A stretch of DNA of 64,000 nucleotides, taken from contig CAVQNG010000003.1 in the NCBI GenBank assembly GCA_963713825.1, forward strand, positions 1,312,001 through 1,376,000, in the 5' to 3' direction. Source of the stretch: an uncultured Acidobacteriota bacterium (GTDB lineage Bacteria > Acidobacteriota > Thermoanaerobaculia > Multivoradales > JAHEKO01). The translations under genes were made by a program, and so were the position numbers. Every line of letters starts with the position of its first letter. The first letter of the stretch is position 1. Positions 18,904 to 26,438 of the stretch are shown here, one piece after another. A model generated the notes under the pieces. It was given only the letters and a program-made list of their open reading frames with translations. It was not told the DNA's origin and searched no databases.

Positions 18904-19731
18904 CTAGGTGGCTACCCTCATTGTCTCGAGGACCAGCTCGCATGTCGCGCCGAGTCGGCTAGAGGTCAATTCGAAACAGGGGACTCTGGTGGCGATATCG
19001 ACTGCGACATCCAAGCCGCTGCCTGGGTGGGCCAGTGGATTGAGGGCGTTGGAGTAGAGCCTGACGGCGGCTTTCGCGGTTCCGATCTCCTGGACCCTTG
19101 GCTGTTCAGCGTTGGGATCGAAGCGGGGGAAGAACACACCCGCCAAAGGTACGGGTGTGTCCACAGGCGGTTGCGCCAGGCAACGGACCGGTACGTGCAG
19201 GGGATCCTGACCCTGGAGGAGATCGGCAGGAGCCGCGTAGGGAATCGGCGGATTCGATTTGAGACAGATCGCTCGACTGAAGGGGGCCACGGTCAAGTCT
19301 GTCGGATTGATCGGCCCCAGCTCATCGCTCGAGTAGCGAAGACCGTGCTGTAGAAGTGCCCAGGACAGCGTCGACTTGCCGTGTCCTCGAGGGGCGGGGA
19401 AGAGGAACGATCGTTCGTCGAGAGTCACGACCGCGGCATGCTGGAAGTAGAGGTCCGGTCTCAGGAGTTGCAGCTGCACGACGAGATCGTCATCGAAGTG
19501 CATCAGCAGATCTGCCGATCTCTGGACGCAGATCACATCTGTATTTCGTTGGATGCGAAGCCCTGAAGAGGTCGAGTCATCGATGGAGTAGGACAGGTCG
19601 GGTGTAGCGTCGGGAACCTCGAGGTGCCCGTAGCTTGCCCTGAGCACAGAGATGCCATCTTCGCAGTCGCCACGAGTCTCGATGACTCGATCCAGGATGC
19701 GAATGACCAGGGAGGGTGGTGTGACGCTCAA
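18904..19731 (-). CDS. HPr-kinase-related peptide kinase
   Basis: 'HAAVV', Walker A 'APRGHGKSTL', 'YSSDELGPI'. Short, lacking the HprK N-terminal domain. TTG start. Confidence 0.85.
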   Translation of the reverse strand: MSVTPPSLVIRILDRVIETRGDCEDGISVLRASYGHLEVPDATPDLSYSIDDSTSSGLRIQRNTDVICVQRSADLLMHFDDDLVVQLQLLRPDLYFQHAAVVTLDERSFLFPAPRGHGKSTLSWALLQHGLRYSSDELGPINPTDLTVAPFSRAICLKSNPPIPYAAPADLLQGQDPLHVPVRCLAQPPVDTPVPLAGVFFPRFDPNAEQPRVQEIGTAKAAVRLYSNALNPLAHPGSGLDVAVDIATRVPCFELTSSRLGATCELVLETMRVAT

Positions 19732-19795
19732 GATCCTTCGCCCTTAAACTCAATGATCGAATCAGGGATCTGGTCTAGGGAATGAAGCGACTCGG

Positions 19796-19829
19796 ACAAA
19801 GAAAAACCGGCGCGCCGAGCGCGCCGGTT
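19796..19829 (-). terminator. Intrinsic terminator between precursor peptide and kinase genes
   Basis: Minus strand reads AACCGGCGCG-CTCGG-CGCGCCGGTT followed by TTTCTTTG. Confidence 0.85.
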
Positions 19830-19911
19830 CATGTACAAACCTGCCTTCGCAGGCATCGCTAATCCGAGCCAAACCTGGGCCGTTGATCAGCCCGCGAGGC
19901 GAGATCGTGAT

Positions 19912-20061
19912 CTAGCGAGTCGGTGACGGCTTGTCCGTCCTGGTCGGTGCACCCGAGGACGCATTGGCCTTACCAGGCTTGGCCGCAAGCGTCAGAATTA
20001 CGGGCGTCGCGTAGGCAGCCGCCTTCAGTACCTCTCTGCGTGTTCTCTTCTTTTCTGCCAT
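19912..20061 (-). CDS. Putative RiPP precursor, 49 aa (MAEKKRTRREVLKAAAYATPVILTLAAKPGKANASSGAPTRTDKPSPTR)
   Basis: Strong SD AAAGGAG before ATG 20061; YxxPxI leader motif; sits between the PqqD/RRE and kinase genes. Confidence 0.8.
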   Translation of the reverse strand: MAEKKRTRREVLKAAAYATPVILTLAAKPGKANASSGAPTRTDKPSPTR

Positions 20062-20082
20062 AACCGCTCTCCTTTCTTCCTT

Positions 20083-20128
20083 AACAGTACTCCCTCGTAC
20101 TGTTGCTACCTTTTCTAAAAAGGTAGCA
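20083..20128. promoter_or_regulatory. Two back-to-back perfect inverted repeats upstream of the precursor gene
   Basis: AACAGTAC-N6-GTACTGTT (20083-20104) and TGCTACCTTTT-N3-AAAAGGTAGCA (20104-20128). Confidence 0.6.
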
Positions 20129-20140
20129 GAGCCTACATCA

Positions 20141-20401
20141 CTAGGATAACAGAAGTCCAATCTCCTCGAGCTTCTCGAGCGTATCGGCTACATCTTGCCC
20201 AGCAGTTTCGGCATCGACCTGGAAGGTCGTCGCCAACTCCTCGGCGATCTGCTGCCGGTTGTGTTCGCCGTCACACAGTTGCCAGATGAAGCTCGCTGTC
20301 TGGTTCAATTGATGGATCTGTTCGGACTCTTTGTCCATGACCACCATCTCGCCTTCGACGATGCGTTCTTCGAATTCTGCGCGTCGGGTCGGATTCTTCA
20401 T
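20141..20401 (-). CDS. PqqD family RiPP recognition element (RRE)
   Basis: 86 aa; 'IHQLNQTASFIWQLCDG', 'IAEELATTFQVD', 'DVADTLEKLEEIGLL'. Confidence 0.92.
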   Translation of the reverse strand: MKNPTRRAEFEERIVEGEMVVMDKESEQIHQLNQTASFIWQLCDGEHNRQQIAEELATTFQVDAETAGQDVADTLEKLEEIGLLLS

Positions 20402-20550
20402 AACCTTTGTCCCAACTCCGAATGGAGTTCTGACTCAATAGAGAGTGTAGGAAGCCAGGGTTGATCGGTCAACCTTATCGAGAACTCTCTATATTGCCTT
20501 TTTTGGTACCCGGTTTTCTCTAGACAGCTTGGCTGGGTGAGACGGTACCG

Positions 20551-21420
20551 TCAACAGGTGTCGTAGGAGAGCCAGCCAATCAGCTCGCCACTGGCTCCAA
20601 CAATCCGCTCGTGCTGGTAGCACTCGCCGGCAGGAGGTCGCCGGCTGCGAGGTGTGAAGATCGGGCTCCAGCCATCGTGAAGGCCAATCGCAGGCCCCTT
20701 GAGAGGGGTCAGGGCCCGGACGACAGATCCTTGACGAGTCGCCACGCATTCGAAGCCTGCGGCCTGAGAATTTACGGTTCGGACCCCAACTCTCTGGTCA
20801 TCGATCGACCACGCCTTGACGGCTTTGGCCGCGGTGCCCGGAGTCTGCGCCAGGCAGCTTTCGATGGCTGGAAGGAGATCGAAGAGTCGTTTCGACCAAT
20901 CGCCAGGGGGCTTCTCGTCGAGAACGGCGATCGGCAGACCGGCGAGGTCGGCGTCGATCTCTTCGATCAGCGCCTGGTCCTCCTCGATCAGCGGCTCGTC
21001 AGTGCTGTCTACCTGCGACTCCGACCAACTCTCGGTACTTGGATCCGAGGTCGAGTCGCAACAGCCCAGAAGAACGCTTCCATCGGGCAGCGAGAGACTG
21101 ACACTGTAGGGGTAATCGCGATCGACCATCGTGTCCGAGCAGGGCCGGTGGGTAACGAAGGCCACCAGGTCTCCTTCACCGAATTTGCCACGCCAGGCGA
21201 AGAGTCCGGCGTAGTCCAGCCGCTGGAAGGTGCCTTCGAGGGTTTGGCCGGCGGGTTCTTCAGGAGTCGCCCATCCGGCGTTCTCGCTATCGATCGCCAA
21301 GCCCCAGAAGGGCTCGTTGCCATTGCATTTGAACTCGGAGGGCATAGAGGCATGAGCCGCCGAGGCCAGCATGATGGCGCAAGACAAGATCGAGGCGGTC
21401 GGAAATGTAATTGAAGGCAA
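20551..21420 (-). CDS. Secreted COG3650-like protein
   Basis: 'GNEPFW' and 'CSDTMVDRDYP...GCC' motifs. Start uncertain. Confidence 0.7.
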   Translation of the reverse strand: MPSITFPTASILSCAIMLASAAHASMPSEFKCNGNEPFWGLAIDSENAGWATPEEPAGQTLEGTFQRLDYAGLFAWRGKFGEGDLVAFVTHRPCSDTMVDRDYPYSVSLSLPDGSVLLGCCDSTSDPSTESWSESQVDSTDEPLIEEDQALIEEIDADLAGLPIAVLDEKPPGDWSKRLFDLLPAIESCLAQTPGTAAKAVKAWSIDDQRVGVRTVNSQAAGFECVATRQGSVVRALTPLKGPAIGLHDGWSPIFTPRSRRPPAGECYQHERIVGASGELIGWLSYDTC

Positions 21421-21584
21421 CGGCGAAGGTCCTCTCGTCGGAGTGTGTCTCGTGAATCGTACCGCGTCGATCGCTCCAAGGAAAAGCGGTACGGAGTGGT
21501 ATGTTAGAAAGCCGTGCCTGAATCACAGTTGGGCCGCTGGGCCCTCGTGCCGGGCTCGCCGCCTTTCAAGAAAGGAGACTGCAG

Positions 21585-21788
21585 ATGCCAGTAGCGAAGG
21601 TTACAGAGATCTCGGCCACTTCCAAGACCAGTTTCGACAACGCCATCGCCAAAGGAATCGAACGGGCGAACAAGACTCTCGACGAGGTCAAAGGGGCTTG
21701 GGTCAACGAGATGAAGGTCGATGTGAAGGATGGCAAGATCGTCAGCTATCGAGTCAACATGAAGGTCACCTTTGTCCTGAAAAACTGA
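21585..21788 (+). CDS. Dodecin family (flavin-binding) protein
   Basis: 67 aa, 'SFDNAIAKGIERANKTL...YRVNMKVTFVL'; RBS AGGAG. Confidence 0.92.
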   Translation: MPVAKVTEISATSKTSFDNAIAKGIERANKTLDEVKGAWVNEMKVDVKDGKIVSYRVNMKVTFVLKN

Positions 21789-21858
21789 AACAGAACACTA
21801 GCCAAGCTCTGAACCCACTCGAGTCACTTGGAACTGCACCAGCGAGGAGCGTCAAGAT

Positions 21859-22356
21859 ATGGGCCTATTCGATTTCATCAAGGAAGCCGGCAGCAAGATC
21901 ATGGGTGGGGACGAGGCCGCGGAGCCTCAGTCTCAGACCACGACTTATAGCCCGGAAGAGATTCAGAAGATCAATGAGCGGCGACGGGCCATGGGCCTGG
22001 CCCAGAGTATCGAGACTTTGGGTTTGGAGATCGAAGATCTCGGAATCCGGGTCGATGACGACCTGGCCACGGTCTCCGGGCAGGTGGCGGACCAAGCCAC
22101 CAAGGAGAGGATCGTCCTCGCTCTGGGAAACACCGCTGGGATCGCCAGGGTCGACGACCAGATTGAGGTAGAGGCCGCCGCACCCGAGGCCCAGTTCCAT
22201 TCGGTGGCGTCAGGTGAAACGCTGTCGGCGATCGCGCAGAAGTACTATGGGAACGCGATGAAGTACCCCGTGATCTTCGAGGCCAACAAGCCCATGTTGT
22301 CGGATCCCGACAAGATCTACCCGGGCCAGGTGCTACGAATACCGCCGCTGGAGTAG
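21859..22356 (+). CDS. BON + LysM protein (Kbp/YgaU-like)
   Basis: 'MGLFDFIKEAG', 'GNTAGIARVDD', 'GETLSAIAQKYYG...IFEANKPMLSDPDKIYPGQVLRIP'. Confidence 0.92.
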   Translation: MGLFDFIKEAGSKIMGGDEAAEPQSQTTTYSPEEIQKINERRRAMGLAQSIETLGLEIEDLGIRVDDDLATVSGQVADQATKERIVLALGNTAGIARVDDQIEVEAAAPEAQFHSVASGETLSAIAQKYYGNAMKYPVIFEANKPMLSDPDKIYPGQVLRIPPLE

Positions 22357-22362
22357 TGGCGG

Positions 22363-23730
22363 TCAGGGTTCGACGACCGTGAATGTGGTCTGGTGCCGGG
22401 CTATCTGGATCGGTGTGGTCTCCTCTTCCGGTACTTCGAGATACCTGGCGACCGAGGACACGAGCCTCGAATACCAGACCGTGGCGGTGACCGTCACTGG
22501 TCCTGCCTTCAGACCTTCCGGTAGCGTCCAACTGTAGGTTTCGTTGCGGGCCTTCAGCGGGGCCAGCCTGTAGTCAGTGCCGAAAGCGGCTGTATTCCAT
22601 TGGGCAATCGTCATACGACCCTGGGGGTCGAGGTATGGCAAGCGAAAGATGCGCGCACCGGTCGGTACATCACCATCACGGAGCAGTCCGCCGAAGCCGT
22701 CGATGCCGCGAATCTCTCCGATGTCCTGATAGGCCAGGGTGTCTGGGGAGGCGATGGTCATTTCCTCGCCTTCGAACCCCTTGAGATCGACTGGCAGCGA
22801 GTAGCGATTTCCCTTCGCATCTTCCGCGTCGACCTGGATCCAAACGACTCTCTCTTCGGCCGATCCTGTTGGGATCATGTGAGCCGCCTTGGCGTTGACG
22901 ACGGTGGCCTGGAGGGTGACAGATCCTCCTGTCGGGACTTTCCGAATCGATGGGTGGATTCTCACTTCTACCGAGCCCGCGAGCTTGCCGTCGTCATGAG
23001 CGCCGTGGAACAGGTGCTGTCGGACGTCGGGATGATCGAGGCCACCACCATCTGGAGCACTGTTGCCAGACGCCGGTGGCATGTGACAGTCCTGGCAAAC
23101 GATGCCACCTTTTGCCTGTGGACTCTCCTTCCATTCGAGGTGGGTAGCCTTGACCCAGAGTCCCCACGGATCCTTTTCGTTGTGGCAGGTGCCGCAGAAC
23201 TCGGCGGTCATCAGGAAGGGGTTCGCCTGGATCTCGTGATACATGCTCTCAGTGCCAGTGCGAACGCCTTGCTGCACATCGCCGGGCTCGACTTGGAAGT
23301 TGAAATTGAATGGCACCTCTCCCTCGAAGCCGACGATCGAGTGGCACAGATCGCATGAGACTCCTTCGTTGGCTCGCGTGCCCTCGGCCGGTGGCTGCGG
23401 TGGGATGTCGCCGGCCAGAAAAGCCAACGGTGCGTGGCACCCATTGCAGCCGGCCTTGATGCCAGCGACCTTTGGCTCGATGAGGGAATGGGGTAGGGCA
23501 AGCTCGAAGTATTCGATCTCGTCCCAGGCATGGGTGTAGGACTGGGACATCATGGACTGCTTGTGCTGTTGGTAGAAGTGGTCGTGGCACTCGGCGCAGT
23601 CTTCGTCTGTGTCGAAGCTGCTGTAGGGATGCGTGCCCAGGGCAGCATCGCCAGCGGCGCCCGCATGGAGACCCGCAGCCGCGATGGTGTAGATGAGGGT
23701 GCATACGAGGAGCAGCCTTGTTGTCGACAT
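22363..23730 (-). CDS. Periplasmic multiheme c-type cytochrome
   Basis: Five CxxCH motifs (CAECH, CNGCH, CDLCH, CGTCH, CQDCH); signal peptide from MSTTRL. Confidence 0.9.
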   Translation of the reverse strand: MSTTRLLLVCTLIYTIAAAGLHAGAAGDAALGTHPYSSFDTDEDCAECHDHFYQQHKQSMMSQSYTHAWDEIEYFELALPHSLIEPKVAGIKAGCNGCHAPLAFLAGDIPPQPPAEGTRANEGVSCDLCHSIVGFEGEVPFNFNFQVEPGDVQQGVRTGTESMYHEIQANPFLMTAEFCGTCHNEKDPWGLWVKATHLEWKESPQAKGGIVCQDCHMPPASGNSAPDGGGLDHPDVRQHLFHGAHDDGKLAGSVEVRIHPSIRKVPTGGSVTLQATVVNAKAAHMIPTGSAEERVVWIQVDAEDAKGNRYSLPVDLKGFEGEEMTIASPDTLAYQDIGEIRGIDGFGGLLRDGDVPTGARIFRLPYLDPQGRMTIAQWNTAAFGTDYRLAPLKARNETYSWTLPEGLKAGPVTVTATVWYSRLVSSVARYLEVPEEETTPIQIARHQTTFTVVEP

Positions 23731-23913
23731 TTCTCTCTCCTGACAGGTCGTGGCCGAGATGAACTGTGTACCGGACCGCACGCATTGCTTCGAGGTCTGA
23801 TTGTGGATGTCGGAGCCATGGTCTGCCACGTACAGAAAGGTGGGCTCGGCTACCCGAACGGGTAGCTGGATTGACGCATCCTTTTGGTGACTCTATCCTC
23901 GGGTGTGGATTCC

Positions 23914-25251
23914 ATGACCACTTCCCTTTCATCGGTAGTGAAACGCAACGGAGAGGTCGCTTCTTTCGATCGCGAGAAGATCACCGTCGCGATCTACAAA
24001 GCCGCCGCAGCCGTCGGAGGGCACGACCGTGCCCTGACTGAGGAGCTGAGTGAGGCGGTCATTGCAGCTCTCTCGGCTACCTATTCCGACGACTCTCCAC
24101 CGACTGTCGAAGAGGTGCAGGATGTCGTGGAACGGGTGCTGATCAAGGCGGGTCACGCCAGGACTGCGAAGGCCTTCATCCTGTACCGGCACGAGCGCGC
24201 CAAGATGCGCTCCAAGCTGCGTGCCAGGCGGGTCGAGTACATCCCCTATCGAACCATGTGGCAGGCCCTGGACTGGGCGGTCGAGCACGAGTGCAACACC
24301 GTGGAGAAGTTCAACTCCCTGATCACAGACGGTCGGCTGTCAGGGCTCATCGCCGACGCCGACCGCCGCTACGAATCGATGCTGGAAGGAGCGGCCAACG
24401 CGATTCTGGAGAGGCGGGACGAGCTGCGCTTCATCATCGTAGCCGGGCCCAGCTCTTCGGGTAAGACCACCACCACCCACAAGCTTGGCGCGCTGCTCGA
24501 GGCCGAAGGATTGCACGTGATTCCGCTGTCTCTGGATAACTACTTCTTCGATCTGGAGCTCCACCCGCAAGACGAGTTCGGAGACTACGATTTCGAGACA
24601 CCGGAAGCGATGGACCTGGACCTTGTCAACAAGCATCTGGCGAGTCTGGATGAGGGGCGTGGTATCGATATGCCGATCTATGATTTTCGGGCCGGCAAGA
24701 GACTCGCCGAGACGAGTCGTTTCGAACCGGAGCCTGGAAGTCTGATTTTGCTAGATACTCTGCATGGTCTCTACGGCGGTCTCACCGCGAGCGTTCCCGA
24801 GCGCCATAAATTTCGGCTCTATCTGGAGACCATTAGCCAATTGAAGACGGCCGGCGGGCGTTATGCGCGCTGGACCGATATTCGGCTGCTACGTCGAATG
24901 GTCAGGGACCATCAGTATCGTGCCTACTCGCCGGAGAAGACGATCCTACATTGGCACTACGTGCGTCGAAGCGAGTTGAAGCACATCATCCCGAATCAGG
25001 CCATGGCCGACTTCCAGGTCAATACGGCTCTTGCCTACGAGCTGCCGTTCTTGAAGCTGCATCTCTTTCGGTACCTTCCCGACTTTCTCGACAAGTGGCG
25101 AGAGGAAGCGAAGCGCCTCGACGGCTACATTCGGGCTCGCCGGATCTACGACCTTCTGGATTCCATCGATGATGTCGCTGATGACTCGTTGGTACCACCC
25201 ACTTCCCTATTGCGGGAGTTCATCGGCGGCAGTGCATACGATGTTCACTGA
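23914..25251 (+). CDS. ATP-cone + uridine-kinase-like P-loop protein
   Basis: ATP cone 'VVKRNGEVASFDREKI...VEEVQDVVERVL...AKAFILYR'; 'AGPSSSGKTT', 'SLDNYF', 'RLLRRMVRD'. Confidence 0.85.
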   Translation: MTTSLSSVVKRNGEVASFDREKITVAIYKAAAAVGGHDRALTEELSEAVIAALSATYSDDSPPTVEEVQDVVERVLIKAGHARTAKAFILYRHERAKMRSKLRARRVEYIPYRTMWQALDWAVEHECNTVEKFNSLITDGRLSGLIADADRRYESMLEGAANAILERRDELRFIIVAGPSSSGKTTTTHKLGALLEAEGLHVIPLSLDNYFFDLELHPQDEFGDYDFETPEAMDLDLVNKHLASLDEGRGIDMPIYDFRAGKRLAETSRFEPEPGSLILLDTLHGLYGGLTASVPERHKFRLYLETISQLKTAGGRYARWTDIRLLRRMVRDHQYRAYSPEKTILHWHYVRRSELKHIIPNQAMADFQVNTALAYELPFLKLHLFRYLPDFLDKWREEAKRLDGYIRARRIYDLLDSIDDVADDSLVPPTSLLREFIGGSAYDVH

Positions 25252-25394
25252 GGGTCGCACAGGATGAAGAAAAAACTCGTTGGATGGAGCCTCCTGCTCA
25301 CAATGGCAGACAGCATTTGATGGCCTCTAAAAGAAGAAGCCCTGAAAAGCCCAGAGCCGGTTCGGCGCTTCGATTCTGACGACCGCCGAAAAGC

Positions 25395-26399
25395 TCAGCC
25401 CATTGGGTCGATTCCCAGCTCTTTGTACCAGGCGCCGATAGCGACCTCGAAGTAGCTCTCTCGGAAGAGATGCCAGTCTCGGAGCGGCTGCGGGAGGCTG
25501 AACCCAGCCGCCGCCTGAGCCGCTGAATTTCCCTTCTCGATGGCCGTACGGGAGGCCATCTCCACCGAGTCGATGAGGTCGATGAACAGGGCTACATCGG
25601 CCGCCGAGGCGAGGGGGCCGTGTCCAGGAACGTAGTCCGTCGCACTGTCGCGTTGCAGGGAGCGGACGCTTGCCGACAGGGCCGATGGAAGGGTATCTCT
25701 GAAGTTCGGGAACATCTGGTTCCAAACGAGGTCGCCGCAGAAGACGACGCCCGGCTCATCGAGCTCCACAGTCACGTCACTGGCAGTGTGTCCCCTCCTA
25801 GGGTGAATCATCAGGTCGAGGCCGCCCAGCTGCCAATGGATGACCTCTTCGGGGTCGAGCAGCATGGCGGCTTCGAGCAGCTCGCGGCGCAGTGGGGCGG
25901 GTGCTGGATCGCGCTTCGCGTCCTCGTTCCGGATCCATTTCTGGGTCTCTGCTGTCATCCAGAGCGCGGGCCTGTTGTCGCCATCGGCGAAGCCCTCGAA
26001 CCCATTGGCATGGTCACCGTGATAGTGGGTCACGATCACGTCCGTAGGCCAGCGGCCACAGAGCTGTCGAGCCTGCTCTGCTACGAGTCGAGCCCCTTCG
26101 GGACCGGCGAAGCTCTCGATGACGAGGACCCGATTCTCGCCAGCGACGATTCCTCCGTTGCACAGAGTGGTCCAGTCGTCGTGGGCAAGCGGGGTGGAGG
26201 CGACTGCCCAGATGCCTTCACCGAGCTTTTCGATGCGACCCCAGGTGCCTTCGGCGACTGCGATGCTCTCGACCTCGCCTGACGCGCCGAGCCGGCCGGC
26301 GCCAGTGAGAATGCCGAGTCCAGAAGCGCCGGCCAGCTGAACGAAACGGCGACGGCTCAGGGAGCCCGCAGGAAAGCTCTCACCACGAATCATGGGCAT
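25395..26399 (-). CDS. Tat-exported MBL-fold metallo-hydrolase
   Basis: 'SRRRFV' Tat motif; 'THYHGDH', 'GHT', 'GDL', 'PGHG'. Confidence 0.88.
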   Translation of the reverse strand: MPMIRGESFPAGSLSRRRFVQLAGASGLGILTGAGRLGASGEVESIAVAEGTWGRIEKLGEGIWAVASTPLAHDDWTTLCNGGIVAGENRVLVIESFAGPEGARLVAEQARQLCGRWPTDVIVTHYHGDHANGFEGFADGDNRPALWMTAETQKWIRNEDAKRDPAPAPLRRELLEAAMLLDPEEVIHWQLGGLDLMIHPRRGHTASDVTVELDEPGVVFCGDLVWNQMFPNFRDTLPSALSASVRSLQRDSATDYVPGHGPLASAADVALFIDLIDSVEMASRTAIEKGNSAAQAAAGFSLPQPLRDWHLFRESYFEVAIGAWYKELGIDPMG

Positions 26400-26438
26400 T
26401 CTCCTCTCTGGATGTTGATCTACGTCCATCCAAAGGTG

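Noticed and set aside
20062-20160. N-terminal 33 aa of the 82-aa ORF call
   Set aside because: It overlaps the RRE gene and runs through the hairpins. The strong SD points to ATG 20061.
17631-20401. Canonical lasso cluster, PQQ operon or true HprK
   Set aside because: No cyclase, B2 protease or pqqBCE in the window. The precursor lacks the -2 Thr and the ExxxY motif, and the kinase lacks the HprK N-terminal domain. The distant asnA is the aaRS-like enzyme, not a lasso cyclase homologue.
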